Assembly (NCBI GenBank): GCA_965223665.1
Contig: OZ245011.1
Location: 3,360,001 to 3,424,000 of the forward strand
DNA length: 64,000 nucleotides
Direction of reading: 5' to 3'
From: Nitrospinaceae bacterium
GTDB lineage: Bacteria; Nitrospinota; Nitrospinia; Nitrospinales; Nitrospinaceae
Below are positions 49,107 to 58,899 of this stretch, piece after piece (positions within the stretch are counted from its first letter, which is position 1; each line of letters begins with the position of its first letter). The position numbers and the translations under genes are program-made. The notes below the pieces were generated by a model. The model did not search any database. It was not told the origin of the DNA and saw only the letters and a program-made list of their open reading frames with translations.

Positions 49107-50240
49107 ATGGAGCTTTGGCAAAAGCAATTAAGCGGCAGCGTAGTTAAAGTACAGGACTTGCCATTTATATCCCGTTCTCCAGAGTACTTAGAGAAATTGA
49201 AAAAGGTATCTGAGGTTTTTCCTATAAGGATTAATTCATATTTTATGGATCAGATTAAACAGGAAAATGATCCTCTTTGGAAACAGGTTGTTCCCACTTT
49301 AGAAGAGTTAGACGATTATTTAGCAATGGAGGAGTCATTGGAAGCCGATCCATTGAATGAAGAAAAAGATATGCCTGTTCCCGAGTTGGTGCATAGATAT
49401 CCTGATCGGGTTTTATTAATGCTAAATAACCAATGTCCAATTATTTGCCGCTTTTGTACTCGAAAAAGAAAAATTGGTTTTCCTGGTATTGTGACTAGAG
49501 AGACTTTACGTCAAGGAATTGAGTATATCGCAGATCATCCCGAAATTCGGGATGTAATTATGTCCGGGGGGGATCCCTTATTAGTGCCTGATAAGGAATT
49601 AGAACGAATATTGCGATCATTACGAGAAATCCCCCATCTGGAAATAATTAGAATAGGGACCAGGGTTCCTGGGACGTTGCCAGATCGTGTTACACCTGAA
49701 CTCTGTGATATGTTAAAGAAGTACCATCCCATATACTCCAACTTACATTTTAACCACCCGGATGAAATTACACCGCAAGTGGAGCTAGCTTGTAATCGAA
49801 TGGCGGATGCGGGCATTCCATTGGGAAGCCAAACGGTTTTGTTAAAGGGGGTGAATGATGATGTGGAGATAATGAAACAACTGGTTCAAAAGTTGTTAAA
49901 AATTCGAGTTAAACCATATTATCTATACCAAGCGGATATGACTATGGGAACCGACCATTTTCGAACTCAGGTTGAGAAAGGGTTAGAGATCATTCGTGGA
50001 TTGCAGGGGCATACTTCTGGAATGGCAGTACCTTATTTCGTAATTGATACGCCAGGCGGTGGTGGTAAGGTACGTTTGTTACCCGACTCGATTGTAGAGT
50101 TTAGTGAAGAAGAAATTATTGTGAAAAATTACGAAGGCAAGATTTTCAAGTATCCCCAACCTGCAAAACAAACTCCCACTAAAAAAACGATTTCATCCCC
50201 TGTTTCATCCTCGCAAAGTAAGATTTGTGAGATGGCTTAA
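49107..50240 (+). CDS. kamA: KamA-family radical SAM lysine 2,3-aminomutase
   Basis: LVHRYPDRVL, CPIICRFCTRKR, SGGDP, HFNHP, QTVLLKGVND, YYLYQAD, VIDTPGGGGK. Confidence 0.9.
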   Translation: MELWQKQLSGSVVKVQDLPFISRSPEYLEKLKKVSEVFPIRINSYFMDQIKQENDPLWKQVVPTLEELDDYLAMEESLEADPLNEEKDMPVPELVHRYPDRVLLMLNNQCPIICRFCTRKRKIGFPGIVTRETLRQGIEYIADHPEIRDVIMSGGDPLLVPDKELERILRSLREIPHLEIIRIGTRVPGTLPDRVTPELCDMLKKYHPIYSNLHFNHPDEITPQVELACNRMADAGIPLGSQTVLLKGVNDDVEIMKQLVQKLLKIRVKPYYLYQADMTMGTDHFRTQVEKGLEIIRGLQGHTSGMAVPYFVIDTPGGGGKVRLLPDSIVEFSEEEIIVKNYEGKIFKYPQPAKQTPTKKTISSPVSSSQSKICEMA

Positions 50241-50323
50241 ATATAAATTTCATTCCCCTTTGACATTGGATAGAGAATTCTAATATATTAAATAATTACA
50301 ATGATTATTAGAGGCTTCTCTTT

Positions 50324-50947
50324 GTGAGTTTCATCAAAAACAATTTGATTGCGGGATTGTTAATAACAATTCCAATTGTCTTGACGTATATTCTCTTTTC
50401 TTTTGTAATTAATGCTTTAGACAGGTGGATGGCTCCCCTGATTTCAACCGTAATTATAAAGTTGCACTTACCTTTACCCGAAGACTTTTATTTACCGGGG
50501 CTTGGTGTTGTAATAGTGATTTTCTTCATTTTTCTTATGGGTTTATTGGGGACCAATTATTTTGGAGAAAAGTTAGTTCAAACAGGTGAGGCGTTGTTGA
50601 ATAAGACTCCCTTTGTTCGGGGTATATACAATACCATTAAGCAGGTTATAGAGACTATTTCTAAAACTAAATCGAATTCCTTTAAAGAATTAGTGTTGGT
50701 GAAATACCCTCACCAATCTCTTAGCATGATTGGCTTGGTTGCTGGCACAACTAAAGGGGAAGTGGCTACTAAATCAGAAGATGAATTAATTAATGTGTTT
50801 CTGCCCTTATTGCCAAATGTAACATTAGGATTTTACGTTGTGATCCCCAAAAAGGATGTGACTCCCTTAGAAATGGGTTTGGAGGAAGGAATGAAATATT
50901 TAATGTCATTTGGGATAGTTGATAAGGATCAATCCAGGGCAAAATAG
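50324..50947 (+). CDS. DUF502-family membrane protein
   Basis: AGLL..IP..LT, P.VR.IY..IKQ, VLV.YP, VFLP..PN...GF. Confidence 0.85.
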   Translation: MSFIKNNLIAGLLITIPIVLTYILFSFVINALDRWMAPLISTVIIKLHLPLPEDFYLPGLGVVIVIFFIFLMGLLGTNYFGEKLVQTGEALLNKTPFVRGIYNTIKQVIETISKTKSNSFKELVLVKYPHQSLSMIGLVAGTTKGEVATKSEDELINVFLPLLPNVTLGFYVVIPKKDVTPLEMGLEEGMKYLMSFGIVDKDQSRAK

Positions 50948-50967
50948 ATTTCCAATTTGAAGATTTG

Positions 50968-51570
50968 TTATTGTCTTACTTTTCGGCTGTCCCGTTTTCC
51001 GGCAATTTTTTCACTGATATTTTTGGCTGATCTGGTCTTCATTTTTGCAAGTACTTTTCCGGCAATTTTACTCTTCATTTTAGAAATTATTTGAATTGCC
51101 ACGCCTTGGTCCATTGCCTCTAAAAGAGTTGCAGCTTCGGTTGGTTTCATAGCGGAGTATACTTTTACAAGAGATTTTACATTTTTTTCAATTAAATCTC
51201 TTTTGATTCCTACTTGCTCTTCACTTCTTGCCAGGGCTTCTTCAATTTTTTTTAAGTCCTTTAAAACTTTTTCTTCAAGGATTTTTAAATTACTTTCCCT
51301 GAGTAATAATTCCTCCTCACGTTTTTTAAGGTCTTCATTTTTCTTTGCAATCATTTCAAGCATTCGCAGGGTTTCAGGATTTAACGATGAAGGATTTTGA
51401 GGAAGTTTAGGTTTTTCTTTCAGGGGTTCTTTAATTGGAGATTCAGTGGTTGATTCAAGTTCCGCATTATTTGGGTTTTTCCCCTGTTCTGTTGATATAT
51501 CAGAATCTTGTGTAAAGCCTGGTGTAGACAGCCCAAATAAAACAAGGAATAAAAATATAATAATTCTCAT
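50968..51570 (-). CDS. MotE/FlbB-like flagellar protein (MgtE-N-like C-terminus)
   Basis: Signal/TM, coiled coil, LVKVYSAMKP.EAA.LL..MD; follows fliJ. Confidence 0.75.
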   Translation of the reverse strand: MRIIIFLFLVLFGLSTPGFTQDSDISTEQGKNPNNAELESTTESPIKEPLKEKPKLPQNPSSLNPETLRMLEMIAKKNEDLKKREEELLLRESNLKILEEKVLKDLKKIEEALARSEEQVGIKRDLIEKNVKSLVKVYSAMKPTEAATLLEAMDQGVAIQIISKMKSKIAGKVLAKMKTRSAKNISEKIAGKRDSRKVRQ

Positions 51571-52004
51571 AGGGACCTCTTATGCCATCGAGAGGATGCA
51601 ACCTCATCAAAAAAAGCTGTTTCTTGTTTCCTTTTTTTTTGTTGAAATTGAATTAAAGCCTGATCTTTTAGAATTTCCAATGTTTTGCGTTTTCGCATTG
51701 CTTCAATCAACTCATCTCTTTTTTCTGAAGCTTTTTTTTCTATTTCAGATATTATTTGACCTTGAGTTTGTTCCTTGCTTTTGATGGCTTGAAAATAATT
51801 TCCATAAAGCATTAATGTGTTCGATTCTGTGGGTGCTTCGAGCATTTTTACAAATTGTTTTTTATTATGATTTTCTTCATTTTCCATATCAGATAATGCA
51901 TTCTGTTGTTGGACCAAATGGGATCTGACCACTCCAAAATCTTTTTGAATCAATTCTTCCTGATTTTTCCTTAATCTTAATAAAGTTTCGAAGCGAAATT
52001 TCAT
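51567..52004 (-). CDS. fliJ: Flagellar export chaperone FliJ
   Basis: FRFETLLRLR, coiled coil, RKTLEILK...E...FDE; directly after fliI. Confidence 0.88.
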   Translation of the reverse strand: MKFRFETLLRLRKNQEELIQKDFGVVRSHLVQQQNALSDMENEENHNKKQFVKMLEAPTESNTLMLYGNYFQAIKSKEQTQGQIISEIEKKASEKRDELIEAMRKRKTLEILKDQALIQFQQKKRKQETAFFDEVASSRWHKRSL

Positions 52005-52007
52005 TAT

Positions 52008-53330
52008 TTAATTCTTAATTAAATGATTCAGTTGTTGAACACTTTCTTCCAAGGAAATCGACTCCTGAATTCCTTGTCTTAGATATTCATTAAATTTTTC
52101 AACTTTATTGATTGCCAGGTCAATTTTGGGATTACTTCCTGGGGTATAAGCTCCAATATTGATTAAATCTTCAGCTTCCCTGTAAGTGGCTAATATGTCT
52201 TTGAACTTCATGGAAACTTCATGATGTTCAGGTTTAATAACATCTATCATTAAACGACTAATACTTTCTAATATGTCAATTGCTGGATAGTGGTTGTGGG
52301 AAGCTAAACGACGAGATAATACAATGTGGCCATCAAGTATGGCGCGAACTGCATCAGATATCGGTTCATTGAGGTCGTCTCCTTCTACTAAAACCGTATA
52401 AAGACCTGTAATGGTTCCATTACCCTTCGAAGTCCCTGCCCGTTCCAGCAATTTGGGAAGTAGGGAAAACACAGAAGGTGTATAGCCCCGGGTAGTTGGA
52501 GGTTCACCGACAGAAAGACCAATTTCTCTCTGAGCTAATGCAAACCGGGTAACCGAATCCATCATTAAAATTACGTTTTTTCCCATATCTCTAAAATATT
52601 CTGCGATGGTTGTGGCAATGAAAGCTCCTCGCAACCGAACCAGGGGAGGCTGGTCAGAAGCAGCTGCCACAACTACTGACTTTTTTAAACCATCAGGACC
52701 CAAGTTTTCATCAATAAATTCTTTTACTTCTCGTCCCCGCTCTCCAATTAGTGCAATTACATTTATTTCCGCCTCTGTATTCCGTGCAATCATTCCCATT
52801 AATACAGATTTTCCCACACCGGTACCTGCCATTATTCCTATTCGCTGTCCACGAGCGCATGTGATTAATCCATTCAATGCGCGAATACCTACATCGAGAG
52901 GGCGTGATATTGGTGATCTTTCTAAGGGATTTAGGGGGGTGCCTATTATGGAATACTCCTTTCCCATTGGGATAGGACCCTTGTTATCCAAGGGGTTTCC
53001 ATTCCCATCAATCACTCTACCCAATAATCCCGGGCTAACATTTAAAGTAGGAGATTCTTCTTTTGCTTCAACGATACTTCCGGGAACCAATCCAGCCATA
53101 TCACCCAAAGCCATAAGCAATATTTTGTTATCACGGAAACCCACGACCTCAGCATCCACTGATTTTTTGTTTTGCGGTGAATGGATGGTACATATACTTC
53201 CAAGAGAAACTGCAGGTCCATCTCCTTCTAATATAAGTCCGGTAACACGATTTATTCGGCCACTTTTTTTTACCAAAGGCAAACTATTTATATAAGAATT
53301 ATATTTTTTTAAATCGATCATGTTTTGCAT
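52008..53330 (-). CDS. fliI: Flagellar export ATPase FliI
   Basis: GQRIGI.AGTGVGKS, GERGREV, MDSVTRFA, GEPPTTRGY, LDGHIVLSR; ATG at 53330 or 53321 more likely than the TTG at 53354. Confidence 0.96.
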   Translation of the reverse strand: MQNMIDLKKYNSYINSLPLVKKSGRINRVTGLILEGDGPAVSLGSICTIHSPQNKKSVDAEVVGFRDNKILLMALGDMAGLVPGSIVEAKEESPTLNVSPGLLGRVIDGNGNPLDNKGPIPMGKEYSIIGTPLNPLERSPISRPLDVGIRALNGLITCARGQRIGIMAGTGVGKSVLMGMIARNTEAEINVIALIGERGREVKEFIDENLGPDGLKKSVVVAAASDQPPLVRLRGAFIATTIAEYFRDMGKNVILMMDSVTRFALAQREIGLSVGEPPTTRGYTPSVFSLLPKLLERAGTSKGNGTITGLYTVLVEGDDLNEPISDAVRAILDGHIVLSRRLASHNHYPAIDILESISRLMIDVIKPEHHEVSMKFKDILATYREAEDLINIGAYTPGSNPKIDLAINKVEKFNEYLRQGIQESISLEESVQQLNHLIKN

Positions 53331-53337
53331 TAAATAA

Positions 53338-54162
53338 CTACTCGTTTGTTTCAAATGAAGTCGATTCTTCAGGAATGGGGGCAGTATTCAGTATTTTTTC
53401 AATTTGATCATGTAGGGTTTCAATTCCAGCGTGAATGGTTCCAAAATTTGAGTCTATTAAGCAATGGCCTTGAGGAACGGAGGTGTGTCCCTCTATTTTT
53501 AAATTATGGACATCCTGAAATTGTTCTTTTAACTCTGGTTTATACTTATCTACATAACCCTTGTCAGTAGGATGGACTTTAATAGTCATTGTTTCTCGGT
53601 CGAGAATGGATTGGACGGCAAGTCGAATGATATCTTGAATACTGTTTTCTTTATTTTCTAGTTCAACCTGTAAAATTTTCTTTGAAATTCCCACAATCAT
53701 TTCTAACATTTCCCGCTCGACTTTAGGAAACATTTGTTTTCTAAACTTACTAAGTTCTTCTATCAAGTTTTGGGTAGTAGTGATAAAGGGCATGAATTCT
53801 TTTGCAGCATTAGATTCTCCTGCTTTAAAACCTTCAGCAAAACCTTCGTCATAGCCATCTTTTTTGGATTGAGACCGGATATTGTCAGCTTGAACTTTTA
53901 TTTTCTCCATCGCGTCTGCAAAAATTTCCTTAACACCTTCTCTGGCTTTTTTTACATTGCTTACCTCAAAATTTCTAGCTTGTTCTGAGTCAAAAGTGAA
54001 CTTCCGTTTTACAGATTGAGTATTGGAAACAAATTCATTTAGTTGAAATGGTGTTGGGTTTTCAGATTGTATATCGGGGTTTTCTTCAATAGGGGTGGTC
54101 TCGTTGAGTGAAGAATTTGAAAAATCATTACTACGTTTAAACAAGCTCTTCCCCTCCGCCAC
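53338..54162 (-). CDS. fliH: Flagellar assembly protein FliH
   Basis: GxxxG repeats (DGYDEGFAEGFKAG), IKVHP.D, G.CLID...G.I.A; between fliG and fliI. Confidence 0.88.
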   Translation of the reverse strand: MAEGKSLFKRSNDFSNSSLNETTPIEENPDIQSENPTPFQLNEFVSNTQSVKRKFTFDSEQARNFEVSNVKKAREGVKEIFADAMEKIKVQADNIRSQSKKDGYDEGFAEGFKAGESNAAKEFMPFITTTQNLIEELSKFRKQMFPKVEREMLEMIVGISKKILQVELENKENSIQDIIRLAVQSILDRETMTIKVHPTDKGYVDKYKPELKEQFQDVHNLKIEGHTSVPQGHCLIDSNFGTIHAGIETLHDQIEKILNTAPIPEESTSFETNE

Positions 54163-55150
54163 CTATTACGAGTTTGCCTTCTTCTTCCAGGCGTTTGCAT
54201 ATAGCAACAATCTTTTGCTGGCATTTTTCAACTTCACTAACTCTTGTGGGTCCAAGAGATTCTAAGTCTTCCCTCAGCATGGTGGCAGCCCTTTCAGACA
54301 TATTAGAGAAAATTTTATTTTGCAAATCTTCGCTTGCAGTTTTAAGGGAAATTAAGAGGTCTTCTTGATTAACTTCCTTAAGGACTAGTTGTAAGCCGTT
54401 GTCGTCGATTTTAAGAATATCTTCAAAAGTAAATCGCAAGTTTCGAATTTCATTTGCCATATCCGGATCTACTTCATCCATGGCCGTTAATATAGAAGTC
54501 TCAGTGGCACGATCCAGGGATCCCATAATTTGTGCCGCTTGAACTACGCCTCCCATTTTGCTTCCAGATACTGCTCCAGAGGAACGAAACTCAGATTGTA
54601 ATGCTTCATCTAATTCTCGTATAACTTGTGGAGAAACTCTTTCTAAAGTTGACAGTCTATGTAAAATTTCCATTCTAGACTCTTCAGGCATTTCTCTTAG
54701 AGTAGCGCTACTAACTTGTGCTTCAAGATGGGCCATGATGATTGCAGCAGTTTGAGGATGTTCATTTTTTAGAAAAGTTGCAATTACTTTAGGTTCTAAC
54801 ATTCGGACCGTTTCTAAACCACCTCCTAAATCTTCTCCTGGGGTTGTAATATTATTGAGTATTTCGGAGGCTTTAACGGGGTCCATAGCCCGCATCAAAG
54901 TGGTCTTCAAAAAATCTAATCCTGGGATACCCAATCCCCCTGTCCCTGTTTCGACGTTTTCGTAAAATTCTTTTGTGACATTATCCATGACAAACATGTC
55001 TACATCCCCAAGGGCAGACATGTAGTTACCAATGGTTTGGATTTCACGTTCTTCCATTTCAGCCAAAATTTTTGCAGCACCTTCCTCACCCAAGGACATC
55101 AGAAATATTGCGGCTTTTTCTGGACCTGTATATTTTCTATCTTGGGCCAT
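54137..55150 (-). CDS. fliG: Flagellar motor switch protein FliG
   Basis: KAAIFLMSLG, EHPQTAA, FTFEDI, NMSERAA. Confidence 0.96.
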   Translation of the reverse strand: MAQDRKYTGPEKAAIFLMSLGEEGAAKILAEMEEREIQTIGNYMSALGDVDMFVMDNVTKEFYENVETGTGGLGIPGLDFLKTTLMRAMDPVKASEILNNITTPGEDLGGGLETVRMLEPKVIATFLKNEHPQTAAIIMAHLEAQVSSATLREMPEESRMEILHRLSTLERVSPQVIRELDEALQSEFRSSGAVSGSKMGGVVQAAQIMGSLDRATETSILTAMDEVDPDMANEIRNLRFTFEDILKIDDNGLQLVLKEVNQEDLLISLKTASEDLQNKIFSNMSERAATMLREDLESLGPTRVSEVEKCQQKIVAICKRLEEEGKLVIGGGGEELV

Positions 55151-55165
55151 AATTTGGGTTCCTTA

Positions 55166-56749
55166 CTAGGATCGATCTTTTAACCATTTTCGGATAATTC
55201 CAGCAGCATATTTAGGATCCGCTTCTACAAATTCATTGACGGATTGACGCATGTCCGTCATTTCTTTATTTGCGCGTTGGATTCGCTTCTTTTCTTCTTC
55301 AGCCTCTAACTCTTCATGGCTGGGTAAAGGTTCTTCTTCAGGGACCACTTCTACACTCGTTGAAACCCATCGAACCATGGGCATTAGAATTTTTAATATG
55401 AATATTAATAATAGTATAACAGCGCCTAGAATTTTTGCACCGGTGATGATCATATCCCAACGCTCTTCAGAGGCCAATTTTTCAGCTCTTTTCAGGTCTT
55501 CAGATTTATCAAACTGTACATTTTCAAGTTGGATTTTATCTCCCCGTTTTTCATTGAATCCAACGGCTGTTTTAATAATTTCTAAAAACTTTGCCATCTC
55601 TTCGCTGGACCGTGGTTTGTATTCGGGGGGATCTCCTTGAAGAAGACCATCTACCAAAACGCTTACGGATAGCCTTTTTATTTCACCTGATGTTTCAGTG
55701 ATATGTTTAATAACTTTATTAATTTCATAATTGAAAGTCTGTTTTTCTTTCGATTTTTGTGCAGGATTGCCACCCGTTGTCTGACCACCCTGTCCACCAG
55801 GGACCAGAGACTGAACTCCAGGAACTCCACCAGCAGGGGAAGAACCAACGGACGATTCATTGGAATTTTGTTCACTGCGAACCACCTGAGAATCAGGATC
55901 AAAGATCTCTTCTGTCCGTTCAACTTTGTCAAAGTTAATTTCTGCTGTAACTTTTGCAATTACTTTCTCCGGGCCTAAGGCTTCTTCAAACATTCCAATA
56001 ATGCTTGCTTCTAATTCTTGTTCGACTTTTCTTTTATACTTGTAATTAGATGCAGTAAAAAGTGCGGATTCGGAGGAAGTTCCCTTTTGTCCTGAAAGTA
56101 AATTCCCGTTAAAGTCTACCAAGACTACGTTATTAGCAGGCAATCCTTCAACACTGCTTGATACTAGATGGACAATCCCTTGAATTTGATGTTCGGTAAG
56201 AGATTTACCTGATCGGATTTTTAACATAACTGAGGCTTTTCCCTCAGGTTTATCTTTTAGAAAAATTTCTCCTTTTGGAATTACTAAATGAACACGCGCT
56301 TGATCAACAGCATCAAGGGATTTAATGGTTCTAGAAAGCTCCCCTTGCAGAGCCCGTTGGAAATTTAATTTTTGAATAAATTCAGTCATTCCTAAAGGGG
56401 TGTCTTCAAATAATTCCAATCCAACTTCATTCCCTTCAGGTAAACCTTTGCTGGCAAGATTGATGCGAGTTTCGTGAACCACTGAAGCAGGGACACGAAT
56501 ATTTTTACCGTTGTTTGAAAGTTCATATTCAATATTTCTTGTTTTTAATTCTTCAACAACTGCAGAAGCATCTTCAGGGGATAAATTTGCAAATAGTAAC
56601 TGGTGGTCAGGAGATTGGATCCAGATCACCATGGTCAATAGAGAAGCAACAAATGCGGCCGCCAAACCTAATGCGATAGCTTTATTCGTAGGAGAGAGGT
56701 CCTTAAATCGGGTAATTAAATTTTGAATGAACTGGAGGAAATTGTCCAT
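55166..56749 (-). CDS. fliF: Flagellar M-ring protein FliF
   Basis: GLP....G.ELF, QRALQGELSRTI, ARVHLVIP, ASV, NYEINK, RLSVSVLVD, GF...RGD. Confidence 0.95.
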   Translation of the reverse strand: MDNFLQFIQNLITRFKDLSPTNKAIALGLAAAFVASLLTMVIWIQSPDHQLLFANLSPEDASAVVEELKTRNIEYELSNNGKNIRVPASVVHETRINLASKGLPEGNEVGLELFEDTPLGMTEFIQKLNFQRALQGELSRTIKSLDAVDQARVHLVIPKGEIFLKDKPEGKASVMLKIRSGKSLTEHQIQGIVHLVSSSVEGLPANNVVLVDFNGNLLSGQKGTSSESALFTASNYKYKRKVEQELEASIIGMFEEALGPEKVIAKVTAEINFDKVERTEEIFDPDSQVVRSEQNSNESSVGSSPAGGVPGVQSLVPGGQGGQTTGGNPAQKSKEKQTFNYEINKVIKHITETSGEIKRLSVSVLVDGLLQGDPPEYKPRSSEEMAKFLEIIKTAVGFNEKRGDKIQLENVQFDKSEDLKRAEKLASEERWDMIITGAKILGAVILLLIFILKILMPMVRWVSTSVEVVPEEEPLPSHEELEAEEEKKRIQRANKEMTDMRQSVNEFVEADPKYAAGIIRKWLKDRS

Positions 56750-56792
56750 TTTTTGAGAGGATTATATTAAGAAATATTGAATGAAAAAGTAA

Positions 56793-57230
56793 TTATCTGC
56801 CTAATTCTATTGCTCGCATTGCCATCGATTTTGCTGCATTTATTGCTTGGATATTGGCTTCAAAGGATCGAGAGGCATTGATTAAGTCAACCATTTCCTG
56901 GACCATATTTATATTTGGAAAAGCTACATAGCCTTCTTCATTTGCATCAGGGTGACTTGGATTGAATACTAATTTGGGTTGCGTTTGGTCCTCGGAGATG
57001 TTTGTGGTGATTACTTGTCTTACCTGGTCAGCAAGTTCTTCGTTTAATTGCGAGGAAAAGTCATCGCTTATTGGAAGGGAAGAGACGACAATATCTTTTC
57101 TTCGATAGGGTCCACCTTCAGGGGTTCGCGTGGTCTCAATATTGGCTAAGTTACTTGAGATGGTTTCCATTCGCTTTCTCTGAACCGTTAGGCCTGAAGA
57201 GCTAATATTTATCGATGTAGAAAATTCCAT
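56793..57230 (-). CDS. flgC: Flagellar basal-body rod protein FlgC
   Basis: SGL..QR.RM..ISSNLAN, PYRRK, PSHPDA...GYV..PN, EMVDLI.ASRSFEAN. Confidence 0.96.
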   Translation of the reverse strand: MEFSTSINISSSGLTVQRKRMETISSNLANIETTRTPEGGPYRRKDIVVSSLPISDDFSSQLNEELADQVRQVITTNISEDQTQPKLVFNPSHPDANEEGYVAFPNINMVQEMVDLINASRSFEANIQAINAAKSMAMRAIELGR

Positions 57231-57303
57231 AAGAGCGTCCTTCCATTGGGCTTAGTTAAAAATCACCAAAATCTAACAATTTCAAATGGTTATAATGATT
57301 TAT

Positions 57304-57320
57304 TAGCAAAACTTATACCA
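57304..57320 (-). promoter_or_regulatory. Sigma54 promoter of the flgC-fliFGHIJ operon
   Basis: Minus strand TGGTATAAGTTTTGCTA (GG-N10-GC), about 75 nt upstream of flgC. Confidence 0.75.
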
Positions 57321-57459
57321 AATTATTCGATGGGTACAAGTTATTGGTAATGGGGAGATCGATCCCAAAATCTCTTGAAAAAAAGGACTTTATAGTGCAA
57401 TTATTTAGATTGGGTCTGAGGATTTCTATTAAGGTAGGGAATTAGGGAAGGAAAATACT

Positions 57460-57491
57460 GTCAGTAGTTTGACAATGAGGCAAATTTTGAC
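57460..57491. promoter_or_regulatory. Putative enhancer-binding-protein (FleQ/FlrA-like) sites
   Basis: GTCAGTAGTTTGAC and GGCAAATTTTGAC palindromes about 140-170 nt upstream of the sigma54 promoter. Confidence 0.55.
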
Positions 57492-57518
57492 TTTAAGAGA
57501 AGGATATAGAGAATGATA

Positions 57519-58895
57519 TTAGGTTTGATGATTTTCAGTTTGGTATTCATTGAGTTTATTTCTTAAAGTTCGAATGCTAATTCCCAATTTTTCCGCAGCG
57601 CGGGTTTTATTCCCGGATTCTTCGTCCAGAGTTTTGTAAATAAGAACCCGTTCCATATCTTGAATGGTTCCTTGAAAGTTTCCTATAACCTTACCTTTTT
57701 GGTTAGAAGGAATCGTATTTTCTTCTAAAAATAAATGAGACGGATTCAGAGTATTTTCTTGGCAAATTAATACCGCTCGTTCCATTATATTTTCCATTTC
57801 ACGGACATTCCCTTTCCAATAATATTTTTTTAAGGTATTAATAGCTTCAGCTGAAAGTTGAGTTAATTGTTTCCTATTTGCCAAACTGTGCTTCTTAAGA
57901 AAATATTCCGCTAAAGCAGGGATGTCTTCAGGCCTTTCCCTTAGAGGGGGTAAATTTATTGGAATCACATTTAAGCGATAATATAAGTCCTCACGAAATT
58001 TGTTCTCTTCGGTAAGTTTTTTAGGATCCCGGTTAGTGGTAGCAATAACTCGGACATCCACGGGGATGGGCTCACGACCACCTACTTTGTCAACCTCATG
58101 TTCTTGCAATACTCTTAAGAGTTTAGCTTGCAGAGCCATACTCATTTCAGTCACTTCATCTAGAAGAATAGTCCCTTTATTTGCAAGTTCAAACTTTCCC
58201 TCCTTTTTATTTATGGCCCCAGTGAACGCACCTTTTTCATGCCCGAATAACTCTGATTCAAGTAAACCTTCTGGAAGGGCAGCACAATTTACTGCTAGAA
58301 AGGGTTGGTCTGAACGCGGGCTGCATTGGTGAATATATCGAGCAAACATTTCTTTTCCAGTTCCTGTTTCGCCAGCAATGAGAACGGTTGATTTACTGTA
58401 TGCAATATTTTCTACAAACTTAAGGAGTTCTAACATTCTGGGATTACATGTAATTATTTCTCCCTTTTTTTCTAAGATTACTGGTTTGGGAGAAGATGTA
58501 GATTTTGAAGAAGAAGTGGTTTTATTTTTTAAAGCGCGTTTTACAGCTGAAATAAGAATGTCTACAGAAAAAGGTTTTAAAAGGTAGTCAAAGGCTCCTT
58601 CCTTCATCAACTCAACTGCATTATCAATGGTTCCAAAGGCGGTCATCATGATTACAGGTGTTTGAGGAGATAATTTTTTGATCTGACTTAAAAGTTCGTG
58701 ACCGGTCATTTGGGGCATTTTGACATCAGAGATCACCAAATCGAAATCATGGTTTTTAAATTGTTCAATTGCTTCTTTTCCATTTTCTGCGGCCTTAGGT
58801 TCTAGACCTTCTCTGATAAGAGCTTCAGTTAAAGCCGCACGCATTTCTGATTCGTCATCAACAATTAAAATTTTATTGGAAATATTTTTTTTCAT
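57519..58895 (-). CDS. Sigma54-dependent response regulator (FleR/FlrC-like)
   Basis: REC (VDDE, DVKMP), GETGTGKE, ESELFGHEKGAFTGA, FREDLYYRL, Fis HTH (LGISIRTLRNKL). Confidence 0.93.
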   Translation of the reverse strand: MKKNISNKILIVDDESEMRAALTEALIREGLEPKAAENGKEAIEQFKNHDFDLVISDVKMPQMTGHELLSQIKKLSPQTPVIMMTAFGTIDNAVELMKEGAFDYLLKPFSVDILISAVKRALKNKTTSSSKSTSSPKPVILEKKGEIITCNPRMLELLKFVENIAYSKSTVLIAGETGTGKEMFARYIHQCSPRSDQPFLAVNCAALPEGLLESELFGHEKGAFTGAINKKEGKFELANKGTILLDEVTEMSMALQAKLLRVLQEHEVDKVGGREPIPVDVRVIATTNRDPKKLTEENKFREDLYYRLNVIPINLPPLRERPEDIPALAEYFLKKHSLANRKQLTQLSAEAINTLKKYYWKGNVREMENIMERAVLICQENTLNPSHLFLEENTIPSNQKGKVIGNFQGTIQDMERVLIYKTLDEESGNKTRAAEKLGISIRTLRNKLNEYQTENHQT

Positions 58896-58899
58896 TAAT

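Noticed and set aside
49107-50240. EpmB or glutamate 2,3-aminomutase assignment
   Set aside because: The C-terminal motifs (YQAD, VIDTPGGGGK) are KamA-type with both Asp residues retained, and no epmA/efp is adjacent.
52606-53295. 229-aa plus-strand ORF and the many other short overlapping ORFs in the track (e.g. 119-541, 6259-6624, 33950-34387, 58720-59175)
   Set aside because: Antisense or alternate-frame shadows of well-supported genes, with no recognisable motifs.
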